NCBI GenBank assembly: GCA_021831595.1
Contig: JAKBMK010000025.1
Coordinates: 63,114 to 127,113, forward strand
Origin: a bacterium
Lineage (GTDB): Bacteria > Patescibacteriota > Minisyncoccia > Phycocordibacterales > UBA9973
Length of the DNA: 64,000 nt
Direction: 5' to 3'
Below, in pieces: positions 1 through 9,008 of the stretch. Below the pieces are notes generated by a model. That model searched no databases, was not told the DNA's origin, and worked only from the letters and a program-made list of their open reading frames with translations. The number at the start of each line of letters is the position of its first letter. The first letter of the stretch is position 1. A program made the position numbers and the translations under genes.

Positions 1-1
1 G

Positions 2-700
2 GTGCACTTGTCTCTAGGAACTGTAGTACATGGCACTATCGAATATATCTTGAATAATAAAGGCTTACCAAGTGAAAAAGAGATTAAAGAAGAGATCAAA
101 TTACAATTTGAGAAGGAAGGGGTATCAGAAGAAAATGAATTGAAGAAATTGAGCACTGATGCATATCTCGCTGTGAAGAATTGGATAGATAACTATTATT
201 CTCATTTAGAGAAAGAATACAAATCAGAACGCTCTGTCTCATTTATTGACAGGAAGAATTTCCCAAATTTGCAAATGTACGGCAAGATTGACCTTACAGA
301 ATATCTTCCAAACGGCGAAATCTATGTGACTGATTTTAAGACGGGTTCTGTCAAAACAAAAGGAGTCATAGAAAAAATAAATGAAGAAGGCAAGATGTCC
401 GATTTGATGCGCCAGCTCGCAATGTACTCGTACCTCCTGAAGGGGGAAAGGGATGATATAAAGGTGACAAATTCTCGACTACTTTTTTTGGAATCAGAGA
501 CTGGGGACAAGAATGCGATGTACAAGACGAGAGTGGGAGACGAACAAATAGACTTACTCAAGAAAGATATCAAGGAATATGATGAATCTCTATCTTCTGG
601 ATCTTTCATAGAGAGAAAATGTAACTTTAAACCTTATGGCAGTGGTTCTAGAGAATGTGAATATTGCCAAATGGCGAAGAGACTCTTCAATAGTAATTAA
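2..700 (+). CDS. 5'-truncated ORF (continues upstream of window); RecB-family PD-(D/E)XK nuclease domain with C-terminal Cys cluster (Cas4/AddB-nuclease-like)
   Basis: Motifs GKIDLTEY / VTDFKTG (D..D/ExK) and QLAMYSYLL (QxxxY), plus C-terminal CNFKPYGSGSRECEYC cysteines typical of the Fe-S cluster in Cas4/AddB nuclease domains. No CRISPR array in the window. Confidence 0.45.
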   Translation: MHLSLGTVVHGTIEYILNNKGLPSEKEIKEEIKLQFEKEGVSEENELKKLSTDAYLAVKNWIDNYYSHLEKEYKSERSVSFIDRKNFPNLQMYGKIDLTEYLPNGEIYVTDFKTGSVKTKGVIEKINEEGKMSDLMRQLAMYSYLLKGERDDIKVTNSRLLFLESETGDKNAMYKTRVGDEQIDLLKKDIKEYDESLSSGSFIERKCNFKPYGSGSRECEYCQMAKRLFNSN

Positions 701-735
701 TTTGAAAAAAGGCATGAAAATGCTATATTCTATAT

Positions 736-1446
736 ATGGAAAATAACGAAAAAGGCAATTTGCATCCGCTTACTCTTATAATGAATGAGGCTGTTTCTAT
801 ATTTAAAGATTTCGGTTTTGTTGTTGAATCTGGTCCTGAAATGGAAGATGACTGGCACAATTTCGGTGCTCTGAATTTCCCGGATGATCACCCAGCTCGC
901 GACATGCAAGACACCTTTTTCATTAAAGGGCAGAAGGGAAAGGTTCTACGCACTCACACTTCGAATACTCAAGTAAGATTTATGGAGAAGCTAGTTGCTA
1001 TTGGTGGCAAACCTCCATTTGCTATTGTTGTACCAGGGAAAGTTTTCCGTAATGAGTCTACAGACACAGGGCATGAAATGCAGTTCTATCAACTTGAAGG
1101 ATTAATGATTGGTGAGGATATTTCTGTTGCCAATATGAAAGGTGTATTGCTTGAATTTTTCAAAAGATTTTTCGAAGGAGAAAATGTGGATATCAGACTT
1201 CGCCCAAGCTTCTTTCCATTCGTTGAGCCTGGATTTGAAATTGATTTGAAGAGAGGAGATAAGTGGATAGAACTTCTTGGAGCTGGAATGGTTCACCCCA
1301 ATGTCTTAGAGAATTGTGGAATCGATAGTAAAAAATACCAAGGATTTGCTTTTGGTATGGGGCTAGACCGTTTGATGAATATGAAGCTTCATACACCCGA
1401 TGTCAGGCTTTCTTATCAAGGAGATCTAAGACTTAATCAATTTTAG
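736..1446 (+). CDS. pheS: phenylalanine--tRNA ligase alpha subunit, catalytic core only; N-terminal ~100 aa of canonical PheS absent
   Basis: HPLT..FGF.V..GPE.EDDWHNFGALNFPDDHPARDMQDTFF, FRNE...THEMQFYQLEG, FPFVEP, GFAFGMGLDRL motifs. Only 35 bp upstream before the previous gene. Confidence 0.9.
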   Translation: MENNEKGNLHPLTLIMNEAVSIFKDFGFVVESGPEMEDDWHNFGALNFPDDHPARDMQDTFFIKGQKGKVLRTHTSNTQVRFMEKLVAIGGKPPFAIVVPGKVFRNESTDTGHEMQFYQLEGLMIGEDISVANMKGVLLEFFKRFFEGENVDIRLRPSFFPFVEPGFEIDLKRGDKWIELLGAGMVHPNVLENCGIDSKKYQGFAFGMGLDRLMNMKLHTPDVRLSYQGDLRLNQF

Positions 1447-1451
1447 GAGGA

Positions 1452-1538
1452 ATGAATCCCGTACGAAATAACGGGAATGAAATTATAAACTTAATAATTC
1501 TTTCTGAAAAAATAATGAGAGAATTTCGTACGGGATGA
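1452..1538 (+). CDS. 28-codon SD-led small ORF between pheS and pheT (MNPVRNNGNEIINLIILSEKIMREFRTG); its TGA overlaps the pheT ATG (ATGA)
   Basis: AGGAGG at 1445-1450 sits 1 nt before ATG 1452. The frame stays open to TGA 1536-1538, which overlaps the pheT start. Its two ends are encoded by the arms of a 14-bp inverted repeat. Confidence 0.25.
   Translation: MNPVRNNGNEIINLIILSEKIMREFRTG
1456..1536 (+). repeat. perfect 14-bp inverted repeat (ATCCCGTACGAAAT / ATTTCGTACGGGAT) with ~53-nt loop spanning the pheS-pheT junction; 3' arm ends at the pheT start codon
   Basis: Direct reading: 1456-1469 is the reverse complement of 1523-1536. Confidence 0.6.
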
Positions 1539-3316
1539 AAATTTCTTATAACTGGTTACAAAAATATTTTAAAGATAAACTTCCATCTCCAGAGGAAGTT
1601 GCTTCTGGTATAATTTTTCATTCATTTGAAGTTGAAGAGGTGAACGTAATGGGGAATGACACTATTTTTGAAATAAAAATTTTACCTGATAGAGCCCATG
1701 ATTGTCTTTCTCATTTTGGAATTGCCAAGGAGCTCTCTGTAATTTTCAGTAAACAAATGATTGTGGATGAGCCAACCAATATTATCGTTTGCCCCAAATC
1801 AGATTTGGAAATAGAAGTCAAAGATGCAAAGTGTCGTCGTTATATGGGGAGAGTTGTAAAGAATGTGAAAGTCTCTCCATCGCCAGAGTGGCTTCGCCAA
1901 GCACTCGTTTCTATCGGTCAGAAGTCTATCAACAATATAGTTGATGCGACGAACTATGTGATGTTCGATCTAGGCAACCCTATCCATGCTTTTGATCTAG
2001 ATAAGCTTGCCAGTCATAAAATCATTGTAGATAAAGCATTAAATGGCGAGAAATTGACCTTGCTAGATGATAGAGATGTGATCCTCGATGAATCAATCCT
2101 TACAATTCGTGATGAGACAGAAGCTCTAGTTGTCGCTGGAGTTAAGGGAGGCAAGAAGGCAGAGGTTGATAATAATACTAAAAATATAATGATCGAAGTA
2201 GCGAACTTTGAACCAGTTTCTACTCGCAAGGCAGCTCAAAAGCTTTCTATCTTTACTGATTCAGCCAAAAGATTCGAGAACGAAATTCATCCAAAATTAG
2301 CAGAGATAGCAATGGATAAAATCACAAAATTAATTCTTGAAATTGGAGGAGGGGAGGTGTGTGAAGTCGTAGATATTTATAACAATAAGCAAGAAGAATC
2401 CAAGTTAATTAACTTCAGTAGAGATTATATAGAGAAAATGCTAGGCATAGATATATCTTCTACTGTTATTGATGATATTTTAAACCGATTTGGTTATGAA
2501 TACAAAAATGAAAATGGTAATTATGAAGTGAAGATACCCCTACTTCGGTTTGATCTGAGTGGTCCACATGATATGGCCGAGGAGATAGGGCGAATCTATG
2601 GTTATGATAAAATCACTCCAGTTTTGCCTCATGAGGATTTCAATATAAATGAAGATGAGACTTGGTACAACATAAATCTAGCGAAAAGATATTTGGCTAG
2701 TCTTGGCTACAAAGAAGTGATGACTTACACTTTCGTCGACAAAGGGGAAGTAGAGCTCATGGCTTCTGCTTCTGACAAAAACTTTTTACGCACGAATTTG
2801 CTAGATGGAGTAAAGAAATCTTTTGAAATGAATAAACTTAACATGCCTCTCTTGGATTTGAAAGAGTTGAAAATTTTTGAAATCGGAAGTATTTTCTTGC
2901 ATGATGGAGAAGTTATGAATGTTTGCTTTATGAACAAAAAAGAATCTAAAGAAATGAGTCTTCTAGAATTTGTGAAAACAATCCCTTCAGATTTTTCTTC
3001 TGGAGAAATAAAAAATAATTCCAAAAATTATTTCAAAATGTGGTCTAACTATCCATTCATCTCTCGCGATATCGCCGTCTGGGTACCAGTAGAGGAAGGC
3101 AAAGAAAAATTAAAAAATATTTTAAAGGAGAATGGGACAGAGCTGCTAGTGAAGGAACCATATCTTTTCGATGAGTTCACAAAAGAAGGAAGAACTTCGT
3201 ATGCCTATCGTTTAGTCTTCCAATCATATGAAAAAACTTTGACAGATGAAGAGGTAAATCCTATCATGAATAAAATTACAGAAAAAATTTCATCACTAGG
3301 TTGGGAGGTGAGATAA
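1535..3316 (+). CDS. pheT: phenylalanine--tRNA ligase beta subunit (short form, 593 aa)
   Basis: N-terminus MKISYNWLQKYF is typical of PheT. B3/4 and B5-like regions and a C-terminal anticodon-binding region are present. Follows pheS. Confidence 0.9.
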   Translation: MKISYNWLQKYFKDKLPSPEEVASGIIFHSFEVEEVNVMGNDTIFEIKILPDRAHDCLSHFGIAKELSVIFSKQMIVDEPTNIIVCPKSDLEIEVKDAKCRRYMGRVVKNVKVSPSPEWLRQALVSIGQKSINNIVDATNYVMFDLGNPIHAFDLDKLASHKIIVDKALNGEKLTLLDDRDVILDESILTIRDETEALVVAGVKGGKKAEVDNNTKNIMIEVANFEPVSTRKAAQKLSIFTDSAKRFENEIHPKLAEIAMDKITKLILEIGGGEVCEVVDIYNNKQEESKLINFSRDYIEKMLGIDISSTVIDDILNRFGYEYKNENGNYEVKIPLLRFDLSGPHDMAEEIGRIYGYDKITPVLPHEDFNINEDETWYNINLAKRYLASLGYKEVMTYTFVDKGEVELMASASDKNFLRTNLLDGVKKSFEMNKLNMPLLDLKELKIFEIGSIFLHDGEVMNVCFMNKKESKEMSLLEFVKTIPSDFSSGEIKNNSKNYFKMWSNYPFISRDIAVWVPVEEGKEKLKNILKENGTELLVKEPYLFDEFTKEGRTSYAYRLVFQSYEKTLTDEEVNPIMNKITEKISSLGWEVR

Positions 3317-3463
3317 TATCCTTTATTTATAAGGCTAAAATTCCTTTTTAAACACTAGCTTAAAGAGGAATTTTTTGATATAATTAAAGGAGAATTGCCC
3401 ATTTATATAGGGGGCATTTATCATTGTTTAATTTAAGCATTATTATTAATTTCCAAATCAAAA

Positions 3464-5566
3464 ATGGCTAAAAAAGAAGAAGTAAAAAAGGTTAAAAAGG
3501 ATAGTTATGGAGCCGAGCAAATTTCCGTTTTAGAAGGGCTTGAGCCTGTCAGACGTCGTCCCGGCATGTATATCGGATCAACTGGCATAGATGGACTTCA
3601 TCATTTGATTTGGGAAATTTTTGATAACTCTCGCGATGAAGCGATGGGAGGATTCTGTGATCATATCGAAGTTACACTCTTGCCAGACAATTCTGTTCGA
3701 GTGGTAGACAATGGACGTGGTATTCCTGTTGATATACACCCAAAGACAAAAGTTTCTGCGCTTGAGACAGTTATGACGACTCTACACGCTGGAGGAAAAT
3801 TCGGAGGGGATGATAGTGGTTATAAAGTTTCAGGAGGACTTCATGGAGTTGGAGCTTCAGTCGTGAACGCCCTTTCTATCTATACCAAAGCCGAGGTTCA
3901 TAAAGATGGAGGTAAATATGTTCAAGAATATTCTCAGGGTAAGAGAAAAGCCGCTGTTAAGAAAGTAAGTAGTACGAAGAATCATGGAACGATTATATCT
4001 TTTCAACCAGATGAAGAAATTTTCAAGCAGGTTAGATTTGATCCTGATACAGTTATTGCTCATCTACGTCAACAGGCTTATTTAGTGAAAGGTCTTCGTA
4101 TTGATATTATCGACGCCCGCGAATGGGATCCGATAACAGGAGGCAAGGGCAAAAGTAGTGACTATGAAAATGCTTTTTGGTTCTCTGAACTCGAGTTGGA
4201 AGTTCCTTCAACAACATTTTATTTTGAAGGAGGACTGGTATCTCTCGTAAAGTTTTATAATAAATCTGAGAAGCCAATACACTCTACTGTATTTTATGTA
4301 GAGAAAGAGATAGACCAAGTTGGAGTTGAAGTGGCCTTGCAATATGTCGATGGTATTAATGGTGATATCATTCCTTTTGCAAACAATATTCACAATCCAG
4401 AAGGAGGTACTCATGTCACAGGATTCAAAACAGCGCTCACCAGAATACTCAATACCTATGGTAAGAAGAACAATCTGATCAAAGAAGCCGATGGAGGATT
4501 CACAGGAGATGATGTCCTAGAAGGACTCACGGCTGTGGTGTCTGTGAAGCTTCGTGAAATTCAATTCGAAGGTCAGACGAAAGCTAAGCTTGGATCAACG
4601 GAAGCTCAAGGTGCAGTTGCAACTGTCTTCGGAGATGCATTTAATGCTTTCTTGGAAGAGAATCCAGATGAAGCTAAAGCTATAATAAGTAAATCTCTTC
4701 TTGCTCTGCGAGCTCGTAAAGCTGCTAAAGCTGCGAAGGATTCCATATTGCGTAAAGGTGCTCTTGAAGGTATGACTCTTCCTGGAAAGCTTGCAGACTG
4801 CCAAGTCAAAGATGCTGAAAGTGGAGAACTCTTCATTGTGGAGGGAGATTCTGCTGGAGGTACTGCTAAAATGGGACGCGACAGAAAGACTCAAGCGATC
4901 TTGCCTCTTCGAGGTAAAATACTCAATGTCGAGAGAGCTCGTCTTGATAGAATGCTAGGATCTGAACAGATCAAGAACTTGGTGATAGCCATGGGTACAT
5001 CGATCGGAGATACTTTTGATATAAATAAAATGCGCTATCACAAAATAATTCTTGCGACAGATGCCGATGTGGACGGAGCGCATATCCGTACTCTTATACT
5101 CACTCTTATGTATCGTTATTTCAGACCAGTATTGGATGCAGGCTATGTCTATATCGCTCAGCCACCACTATTTAAAATAAAGAAAGGTAAAGAAATTTTG
5201 TACGCATATACAGACGAAGAGAGAGATAAAATTTTAGGTAAAGATGCACCTTCTCTCGAAGAATTGCTAGTAGAGTCTGCTAATGAAGAAGGAGGGCAAG
5301 AAGAACCAGAGGAAGAGGAAGAAGAAAATCCAAAAGCAAAGAAAACTCAAAAGATTCACGTCCAGAGATACAAGGGTCTCGGAGAAATGAATGCCGAAGA
5401 ACTCTGGGAGACAACCATGGATCCAGGCAGAAGAATTTTGAAACAAGTTTCTGTTGTGGATGCTGAAGATGCCAATAAAGTATTCGATATGCTTATGGGC
5501 TCGGAAGTTCCTCCTCGTAAATCATTCATCCAATCTCACGCCAAAATGGCAAATCTAGATATATAA
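3464..5566 (+). CDS. gyrB: DNA gyrase subunit B
   Basis: GHKL ATPase motifs (LHHLIWEIFDNSRDEA, GLHGVGASVVNALS), Toprim (EGDSAGG), C-terminal QRYKGLGEM, acidic insert EEEEEE. Confidence 0.95.
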   Translation: MAKKEEVKKVKKDSYGAEQISVLEGLEPVRRRPGMYIGSTGIDGLHHLIWEIFDNSRDEAMGGFCDHIEVTLLPDNSVRVVDNGRGIPVDIHPKTKVSALETVMTTLHAGGKFGGDDSGYKVSGGLHGVGASVVNALSIYTKAEVHKDGGKYVQEYSQGKRKAAVKKVSSTKNHGTIISFQPDEEIFKQVRFDPDTVIAHLRQQAYLVKGLRIDIIDAREWDPITGGKGKSSDYENAFWFSELELEVPSTTFYFEGGLVSLVKFYNKSEKPIHSTVFYVEKEIDQVGVEVALQYVDGINGDIIPFANNIHNPEGGTHVTGFKTALTRILNTYGKKNNLIKEADGGFTGDDVLEGLTAVVSVKLREIQFEGQTKAKLGSTEAQGAVATVFGDAFNAFLEENPDEAKAIISKSLLALRARKAAKAAKDSILRKGALEGMTLPGKLADCQVKDAESGELFIVEGDSAGGTAKMGRDRKTQAILPLRGKILNVERARLDRMLGSEQIKNLVIAMGTSIGDTFDINKMRYHKIILATDADVDGAHIRTLILTLMYRYFRPVLDAGYVYIAQPPLFKIKKGKEILYAYTDEERDKILGKDAPSLEELLVESANEEGGQEEPEEEEEENPKAKKTQKIHVQRYKGLGEMNAEELWETTMDPGRRILKQVSVVDAEDANKVFDMLMGSEVPPRKSFIQSHAKMANLDI

Positions 5567-5570
5567 TATA

Positions 5571-5608
5571 AACAAAATCTCCTTATTAATAATAAGGAGA
5601 TTTTGTTT
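5571..5608 (+). terminator. rho-independent terminator hairpin after gyrB
   Basis: aaacaaaatctcctta..taaggagattttgttt perfect stem followed by T-rich run. Confidence 0.6.
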
Positions 5609-5668
5609 ATGGTAGACAATTTTATTTAAACGGAGTACGATGAATAATAAATTTTAAACTTACAAGGT

Positions 5669-6106
5669 ATGATTTATAACGAAAAACCAAAAAACTTTTC
5701 TCCGGAAATAGAGGTAGTTGCTTGCTTGATGGAATTTAATGGAAAATTTGTTTTATTACATCGCCAAGACAACAAAATACACGGAGATAAGTGGGGTCAA
5801 CCTGCAGGGAAAGTAGATCTTTCAGATGCTGATATTTTCGATGCAATGACAAGAGAATTGAGAGAAGAAACGGGGATAGAAATAAAAAAAGAAGATTTAT
5901 CTTTCTATAAAACATTTTTTGTTTCTCATCCAGATAGAAATTTCCTTTATCATTATTTTGTTCTACATCTAAAGAGAAAGCCCAAAATTATTCTCTCAGA
6001 CAAAGAGCATAAAGATTTTTCCTGGAAAACCCCACTTGAAGCCTTAGAAATGCCACTTATACAAGATGAGGATCATTGCATAAAGCACTATTACGGTCTT
6101 AAATAA
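5669..6106 (+). CDS. Nudix hydrolase
   Basis: Nudix box GKVDLSDADIFDAMTRELREETGIEI (REx2EExGI). Confidence 0.8.
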   Translation: MIYNEKPKNFSPEIEVVACLMEFNGKFVLLHRQDNKIHGDKWGQPAGKVDLSDADIFDAMTRELREETGIEIKKEDLSFYKTFFVSHPDRNFLYHYFVLHLKRKPKIILSDKEHKDFSWKTPLEALEMPLIQDEDHCIKHYYGLK

Positions 6107-6142
6107 AAAATCCCCGCACACATTGAACGCGGGGATTTTTAT
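6105..6142. terminator. bidirectional terminator hairpin between convergent Nudix gene and thrS
   Basis: atccccgcacacattgaacgcggggat stem flanked by A-run and T-run. Confidence 0.6.
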
Positions 6143-6145
6143 TTA

Positions 6146-7885
6146 TTAATTTAGAATCCTTTCTTTAATTTCTTTTTGAAGTTTATTTAGGAATGCTTCG
6201 ACTGTTATTCCTTCGAGTTTCTCAGTGCGGCCTTCGACGGTTATAACACCTGATTCTTTTTCTTTATCGCCAATAACTATTACATAAGGCACCTTGCTCA
6301 TCTTGGCATTTCTTATTCTCTTGCCCAGAGATTCATTTGAGTCATCTAAGCCGGCTCTTATATTTATTTCTTTTAGAGATTCATATACAGAATTTGCATA
6401 TTCTTTCTGATGTTCGGAGATCGGCAACACGACGACTTGAACAGGAGAAAGCCAGAGAGGGAAATTACCCGAAGTGTGTTCTATGAGAATAGATAAGAAT
6501 CTTTCTATCGATCCCATAATAGCGGCATGGATCATCACAATTCTCTCTTTTTCTCCCTTTTCATTCATACAAGTGAGATCAAATCTTTCTGGCATATTCA
6601 TATCAAGTTGGATTGTGGCTACTTGCCATTCTCTACCTAGAGCGTCATTTGCCATAAAGTCGAGCTTTGGACCATAGAAAGCAGCTTCGCCTATGCCGTC
6701 ATATGTTGGTACGTTTTTGCTTTCTGCTATTTCTGTTAGCATTTTCTCTGCAAAACTCCATCTTTCCTGGTCTCCTAAATATTTTTCTATATGCTCGGGG
6801 TCGTGTTTTGATATTCTTACTTTTAATTCAAATCCAAAACTCTTATAGAACCCCTCGACAATTTCCCAAATATTTAAGAACTCTTTCTTTGCATCACTCA
6901 TTCTGCAGAAAACATGTGCATCATCTTGAGCGAAAGCTCTAACTCTTGAAAGTCCAGATAATTCACCGGATTGTTCGTCTCTGTAGCAAGTAGTAGTGTT
7001 GGCATATCTTTGTGGTAACTCTTTGTAACTCCACATTTTGCGATCATAGATCTGAGTGTGATGAGGACAATTCATTGGCTTCATCGCGAACTCATGTCCT
7101 TCACGTGTTGTAATGCGGAATAAATCATCTTTGTATTTTTCCCAATGACCACTTTTCTCATATAAATCTTTTTTAGTGATATGAGGAATTTCTACTTTTT
7201 GGTATCCTTTCATTTGACGGAATGACCATACATAATCGTCTAGCAAGTGTCTAACTAAAGTTCCTTTTGGAGTCCAAAGAGGAAGACCTGGTCCTACAAG
7301 TTCAGAAAATGTGAATAAATCTAATTCTAACCCAAGTTTCTTGTGATCTCTTTTCTTGGCTTCTTCTTGCATTTTTATATATGAATCAAGCTCATCTTTT
7401 GTTTCAAAAGCAAGTCCATATACACGTGTAAGCATTTTGTTCTTCTCGTCTCCACGCCAATAGGCTCCGGCAATACGTTCAATCTTCCAAGAACCATCCT
7501 TCACATCCTTCATATTTTTGATATGTCCGCCACGGCAAAGATCAGCAAAGTTACCAGATCTATAGACTGTAATTTCTTCTCCTTTTTCAACTATTCCATC
7601 TATTAATTCTTCTTTATAAGTATTTCCAGCAAACATAGAAAGAGCTTCTTCTTTTGAAAGAACTTCTTTTTCAAAAGAGGTCCAAGTCTTCATGAGTTCC
7701 TTCATCTTTTTTTCAATCTTTTCTATGTCGGCATCAGTGATTTTACCCTTAACATCTACATCGTAGTAAAAGCCGTTATCAATAGCCGGACCAAGAGTGA
7801 TCTGTGATCCAGGGTAAAGTTCTAGTATAGATGCTCCTAAGAGGTGAGCTAGAGAGTGACGGATATGTTCTAATTTATTTTCCAT
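6146..7885 (-). CDS. thrS: threonine--tRNA ligase (lacks N-terminal TGS/editing region; 579 aa)
   Basis: HIRHSLAHLLG (second additional domain), class II motifs, C-terminal anticodon-binding domain. A T-box leader upstream carries a plausible Thr ACC specifier. Confidence 0.95.
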   Translation of the reverse strand: MENKLEHIRHSLAHLLGASILELYPGSQITLGPAIDNGFYYDVDVKGKITDADIEKIEKKMKELMKTWTSFEKEVLSKEEALSMFAGNTYKEELIDGIVEKGEEITVYRSGNFADLCRGGHIKNMKDVKDGSWKIERIAGAYWRGDEKNKMLTRVYGLAFETKDELDSYIKMQEEAKKRDHKKLGLELDLFTFSELVGPGLPLWTPKGTLVRHLLDDYVWSFRQMKGYQKVEIPHITKKDLYEKSGHWEKYKDDLFRITTREGHEFAMKPMNCPHHTQIYDRKMWSYKELPQRYANTTTCYRDEQSGELSGLSRVRAFAQDDAHVFCRMSDAKKEFLNIWEIVEGFYKSFGFELKVRISKHDPEHIEKYLGDQERWSFAEKMLTEIAESKNVPTYDGIGEAAFYGPKLDFMANDALGREWQVATIQLDMNMPERFDLTCMNEKGEKERIVMIHAAIMGSIERFLSILIEHTSGNFPLWLSPVQVVVLPISEHQKEYANSVYESLKEINIRAGLDDSNESLGKRIRNAKMSKVPYVIVIGDKEKESGVITVEGRTEKLEGITVEAFLNKLQKEIKERILN

Positions 7886-7899
7886 ATATTTTTAAAAAT

Positions 7900-8100
7900 T
7901 ATTATTGATAAAATAAAATCGCCCCGACAAAAAATGAAAAATTCATTTCTTGTCGGGGCGAGTCTAATCGCGGTTCCACCCAACTTTGTGCTTTATTTAT
8001 AGATTAGCCGTTAGGTCCCGAAGGGGATTGTGGTTGGTAGCCACAACAATCTCTATAGGTACAATAGTACAATGTATAGATTCAAATAGCAATATTTGAC
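7900..8100 (-). ncRNA. T-box riboswitch leader of thrS (putative Thr specifier ACC), with terminator/antiterminator
   Basis: On the minus strand: GTTGGG-[TGGAACC]-GCG-attagact-CGC-CCCGAC forms a canonical antiterminator. The 7-nt bulge contains the T-box UGGN, where N=A matches the U discriminator of the tRNA-Thr in this window. The CCCCGAC strand is also the 5' arm of terminator cgccccgacaag..ttgtcggggcg plus U-tract, immediately before the thrS ATG. Upstream hairpin attgtgg-CTACCAA-ccacaat shows ACC followed by A. Confidence 0.75.
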
Positions 8101-8179
8101 AAAATAGTTTATTTATTATATTATTTGGCTGAAATTTATTGCTAAAATCATAAGATAACCCAAAAGGAGGGGGTTAAAA

Positions 8180-8725
8180 ATGTCAGTTTTAAAGTACATA
8201 AGGACCCGGGAGGAGATGGGGAAATATATAGAATCCCTACAAAAAAATGGTCCTGTAAGTGTGCGCCTCGTAGGAGGTACATCTAAAAATGGCAAAAATG
8301 CGGCTTTTGTTATTTTCAAGTTGAAGTTTTTAAATGAATATTATTTATTAGTTATTCCATACAATGATACATATCATTTGAAAGAAGAAGTGGAACTAAT
8401 TGATGAATATGAATCACCCAGAGAAACTGCTGCTCGTGAATTCTTCGAAGAAGTTGGGATTAGAATCAGATCCGATTCTAAATCTCTTAAACTTTTCGAT
8501 ATGATACGAGTCAGAAGTAATTTGAAAAAAGGGGCAATTCATAAAAAATATTTCTTTAGATACATAGAAGAGATTCCTGATTTTTGGGATTATTCAGTTC
8601 TCTTTGAAGAAAGAGAGGATGAAACCCAAACGCCGTTTTTTATAAAGGAATCACTGATCTCTGAATTTCTATATAAAGAGCACTATAAAGCTTTTAAAAG
8701 AAATTGGCGAAAAAGATTTAATTAA
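8180..8725 (+). CDS. hypothetical protein with degenerate Nudix box (ETAAREFFEEVGI)
   Basis: Strong SD AAAGGAGGGGG before the ATG. REFFEEVGI matches REx2EExGu of the Nudix box. Followed by terminator hairpin aaaccccgaa..ttcggggttt. Confidence 0.5.
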   Translation: MSVLKYIRTREEMGKYIESLQKNGPVSVRLVGGTSKNGKNAAFVIFKLKFLNEYYLLVIPYNDTYHLKEEVELIDEYESPRETAAREFFEEVGIRIRSDSKSLKLFDMIRVRSNLKKGAIHKKYFFRYIEEIPDFWDYSVLFEEREDETQTPFFIKESLISEFLYKEHYKAFKRNWRKRFN

Positions 8726-8757
8726 ACCCCGAAGCATGTATATGGTTTCGGGGTTTC

Positions 8758-8785
8758 TTGCTTTTTGGGCAAAAATCGGTATACT
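8758..8785 (+). promoter_or_regulatory. sigma70-like promoter TTGCTT-16-TATACT, -10 ends 7 nt before the rpmF ATG (leaderless candidate)
   Basis: Hexamers read directly. They lie downstream of the preceding terminator hairpin, inside the first part of the ORF-track call 8736. Confidence 0.45.
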
Positions 8786-8792
8786 ATTCAAT

Positions 8793-9008
8793 ATGGTAAT
8801 ACGAATGAGACATACACGAGCCCACACAGGGAATCGTCGATCACATCATGCTTTAAAAGCAAAGACTTTTGCGGTTTGTGCTAATTGTGCGCAACCAAAA
8901 GAGACTCATGTAGTTTGCAAAAACTGTGGCTTTTATCGTGGCCGTAAGGTAGTCGATGTGGTTAATAAAGTTGAAAAGAAACAAGCAAAGAAAAAAAGTG
9001 GTAAGTAG
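8793..9008 (+). CDS. rpmF: 50S ribosomal protein L32
   Basis: MRHTRAHTGNRRSHHALK...CANCAQPKETHVVCKNCGFYRGRKV zinc-ribbon L32 signature. Start moved to ATG 8793 because 8736-8760 is a terminator hairpin and a promoter lies at 8758-8785. Confidence 0.85.
   Translation: MVIRMRHTRAHTGNRRSHHALKAKTFAVCANCAQPKETHVVCKNCGFYRGRKVVDVVNKVEKKQAKKKSGK

Noticed and set aside
8736-8792. ORF-track N-terminal extension of rpmF (MYMVSGFLAFWAKIGILFN...)
   Set aside because: The extension covers the upstream gene's terminator hairpin and the rpmF promoter. The conserved L32 sequence begins at ATG 8793 or 8805.
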